The notes under the pieces: model-generated
Databases searched by the model: none
Seen by the model: the letters and a program-made list of their open reading frames with translations, nothing else
What the model was told of the DNA's origin: nothing
Assembly: GCA_030765785.1 (NCBI GenBank)
Contig: JAVCCC010000004.1
Location: 10,008-74,007 of the forward strand
Direction: 5' to 3'
Origin: Candidatus Aceula lacicola
GTDB taxonomy: Bacteria; Omnitrophota; Gorgyraeia; Zapsychrales; Aceulaceae
Length of the DNA: 64,000 bases
Translations under genes and position numbers: made by a program
Shown here: in pieces, positions 62,668-64,000 of the stretch
How positions within the stretch are numbered: the first letter of the stretch is position 1
Layout: every line of letters begins with the position of its first letter

Positions 62668-63534
62668 TTAAAGAAAAGCCTTCAACGGATATCGAGATTC
62701 TGAAATACAAATTTGATCACCAAAACCAAACGTAACATGACAATGCGCGCCATCAAAATAGATCACACCATCATACATAGAAGATCGAAGCAAAACAGGC
62801 TTCGATAAATCAAGCAATCCGCCTTTAAGCAAGTACTTATGATTTTTGAAAAAATATAACTCTCTCGGCTGATACAGGAATTTATTACTTAATAGTTTTA
62901 AAGTGCGTCCACCCGCCGATCGCATAGCTCCTGTTGACCCAGCAGAAGTAGAAAACCAAACTCCAGAGCTGCGCTGGTATTCTTTGATTCCATTTGCATT
63001 GAGATTGTATCGGCTCATAGCCGAAGGATTTTGATCACAGACCAAAACATCATTAGCCACTTGCCATGTTGTTTTATGTTTTCTTGATGTCACCGAAAGT
63101 CGACTTATTGATGTCAATCTTTTTTGCCCTGAAATAATTTGACGAAAAATAGTTTTAAAATTTTGTTTCGTAGCGCCACAAAAACGTCCGACGCTTCTAT
63201 CCGGATCCGAATTAACACCTAAGATCATTTCCTTTTTTAATTCCCGCGCGGCTTGTAAAAAAGTACCATCACCTCCAACGGTAATAACAAAATCATGCTT
63301 GTGATAATTAATGTTAGCCTGACGGCATATTGTTTTGTATTGAATGTCCATCGATCTTAAAACACCTTCGACCTCTTCTAACGCCTTGTAGTGTTCGTTA
63401 TGCATCGAGCGAAATCGAGCGGTTTCAGCCCTTGAAAGCAAGCCTTCCTTCTGCTTTTTTGTTTTCTTCAAGAAATAAAATTCAAAAAATGTTTTTTTAT
63501 GAATGATTAATACACTTTTAATTTTTAAGTTCAT
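62668..63534 (-). CDS. nadK: NAD kinase
   Basis: 288 aa; GGDGTFLQAAR and NDVLV motifs. Confidence 0.8.
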   Translation of the reverse strand: MNLKIKSVLIIHKKTFFEFYFLKKTKKQKEGLLSRAETARFRSMHNEHYKALEEVEGVLRSMDIQYKTICRQANINYHKHDFVITVGGDGTFLQAARELKKEMILGVNSDPDRSVGRFCGATKQNFKTIFRQIISGQKRLTSISRLSVTSRKHKTTWQVANDVLVCDQNPSAMSRYNLNANGIKEYQRSSGVWFSTSAGSTGAMRSAGGRTLKLLSNKFLYQPRELYFFKNHKYLLKGGLLDLSKPVLLRSSMYDGVIYFDGAHCHVTFGFGDQICISESRYPLKAFL

Positions 63535-64000
63535 ATTGTTCCTTTCTAACGAAACGAATAGAATCAGAAAGTTCGTTAAATGATGAAAAGATATAGTCTG
63601 CTTCCTTTAAATATTTACGCGGCAATGATGTCTCAAGCGCCAAACATTTTAAGCTTGCACCTTTTGCCGACTCAATCCCCAATGGTGCATTTTCAATAAC
63701 GACAGAATCTTTAGAATTTATTTTAAGTGCCTTCAAAACTTTTTTGTATGGCTCTGGGTGCGGCTTTCCCTTTGCAACATCGCTTCCTGTAATAATTACG
63801 GAAAATAACTCTTTTAACTCTCTAGGTAAAATTCTATCAAGCTCGTGTCTTGCCGTTCCTGTCGCAAGTGCCAGAATAAAATTCTCTTTATGCATTTTTT
63901 TTACAAATCTACGGGCCCCTTTAATAAACTTAGGCTTAAAAAGTCTCTTGAAGAGCTCTTCCTTCTCAACCAAGATCTTTTTAGCCTTTTTAATACTAAT
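63518..64000 (-). CDS. HAD-superfamily hydrolase (subfamily IA-like); 5' part beyond window end
   Basis: GKPHPEPY (motif III) and ENAPLGIESAKGAS (motif IV region). The reading frame continues open to position 64000. Confidence 0.6.
   Translation of the reverse strand: MSIKKAKKILVEKEELFKRLFKPKFIKGARRFVKKMHKENFILALATGTARHELDRILPRELKELFSVIITGSDVAKGKPHPEPYKKVLKALKINSKDSVVIENAPLGIESAKGASLKCLALETSLPRKYLKEADYIFSSFNELSDSIRFVRKEQYELKN

Overview
This 64-kb window is gene-dense, low-GC (AT-rich by eye) bacterial chromosome, mostly coded on the minus strand, with about 65 protein genes. I saw no rRNA, tRNA, CRISPR array, transposase or integrase. The content is mainly core metabolism of a probable anaerobic, diderm bacterium.

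What is here:
- Energy conservation: an rseC-rnfBCDGEA (Rnf complex) operon and NfnAB-like ferredoxin:NADP oxidoreductase genes.
- TCA oxidative-branch enzymes scattered through the window: gltA, acnA, an icd-type dehydrogenase, fumC and gdhA.
- Branched-chain amino-acid genes ilvBN and leuCD, plus aroC.
- A cysteine/methionine operon, rrf2-metY-cysK, with a consensus promoter that has an inverted repeat embedded in it.
- A glutathione operon: a non-canonical gshA-like gene, then gshB and a glutaredoxin.
- thiC, bioB and trxB.
- DNA repair genes mutY and xth; also nadK and surE.
- Sulfur-modification and tRNA-modification enzymes: mtaB, dus and a ThiI-like PP-loop protein.
- A multi-step phosphorelay: a hybrid histidine kinase, an Hpt protein, two CheY-like receivers, a CheX-like protein and a REC-HD-GYP output protein. 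A second, membrane-anchored HD-GYP paralog lies elsewhere in the window.

Regulatory signals:
- Several near-consensus sigma70 -35/-10 promoters are readable: TTGACA-16/17-TATAAT upstream of the ABC transporter, rrf2, cspA and the thiC operon, and TTGCAA-17-TATAAT upstream of gltA.
- Three units have the -10 box 6-7 nt before the ATG, which implies leaderless mRNAs.
- There are two clear intrinsic terminators: a 32-bp perfect palindrome between ilvN and trxB, and a hairpin with a U-run after cspA.

Least-explained content, in order of how unusual it looks:
- A 1,680-aa secreted envelope protein with a peptidoglycan-binding-like motif, a roughly 450-aa acidic low-complexity region and a C-terminal beta-rich domain that ends in Phe, as outer-membrane barrels do.
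- A four-gene small-ORF island between acnA and leuC. It includes a 75-aa lysine-rich protein made of three NUMOD3-like repeats and a 69-aa Cys-rich protein.
- An orphan AmmeMemoRadiSam-type radical SAM enzyme with no AMMECR1 or Memo partner in the window, next to a LemA/DUF3137-like pair.
- A 606-aa protein with nitronate-monooxygenase/FabK-like (NPD/FabK-like) TIM-barrel motifs plus a Cys-containing C-terminal domain, divergent from bioB.
- A 159-aa Cys-rich protein downstream of nfnAB.

None of these can be assigned to a known defence or mobile system from sequence alone. All functional calls are from motif recognition by eye, and no database searches were run.
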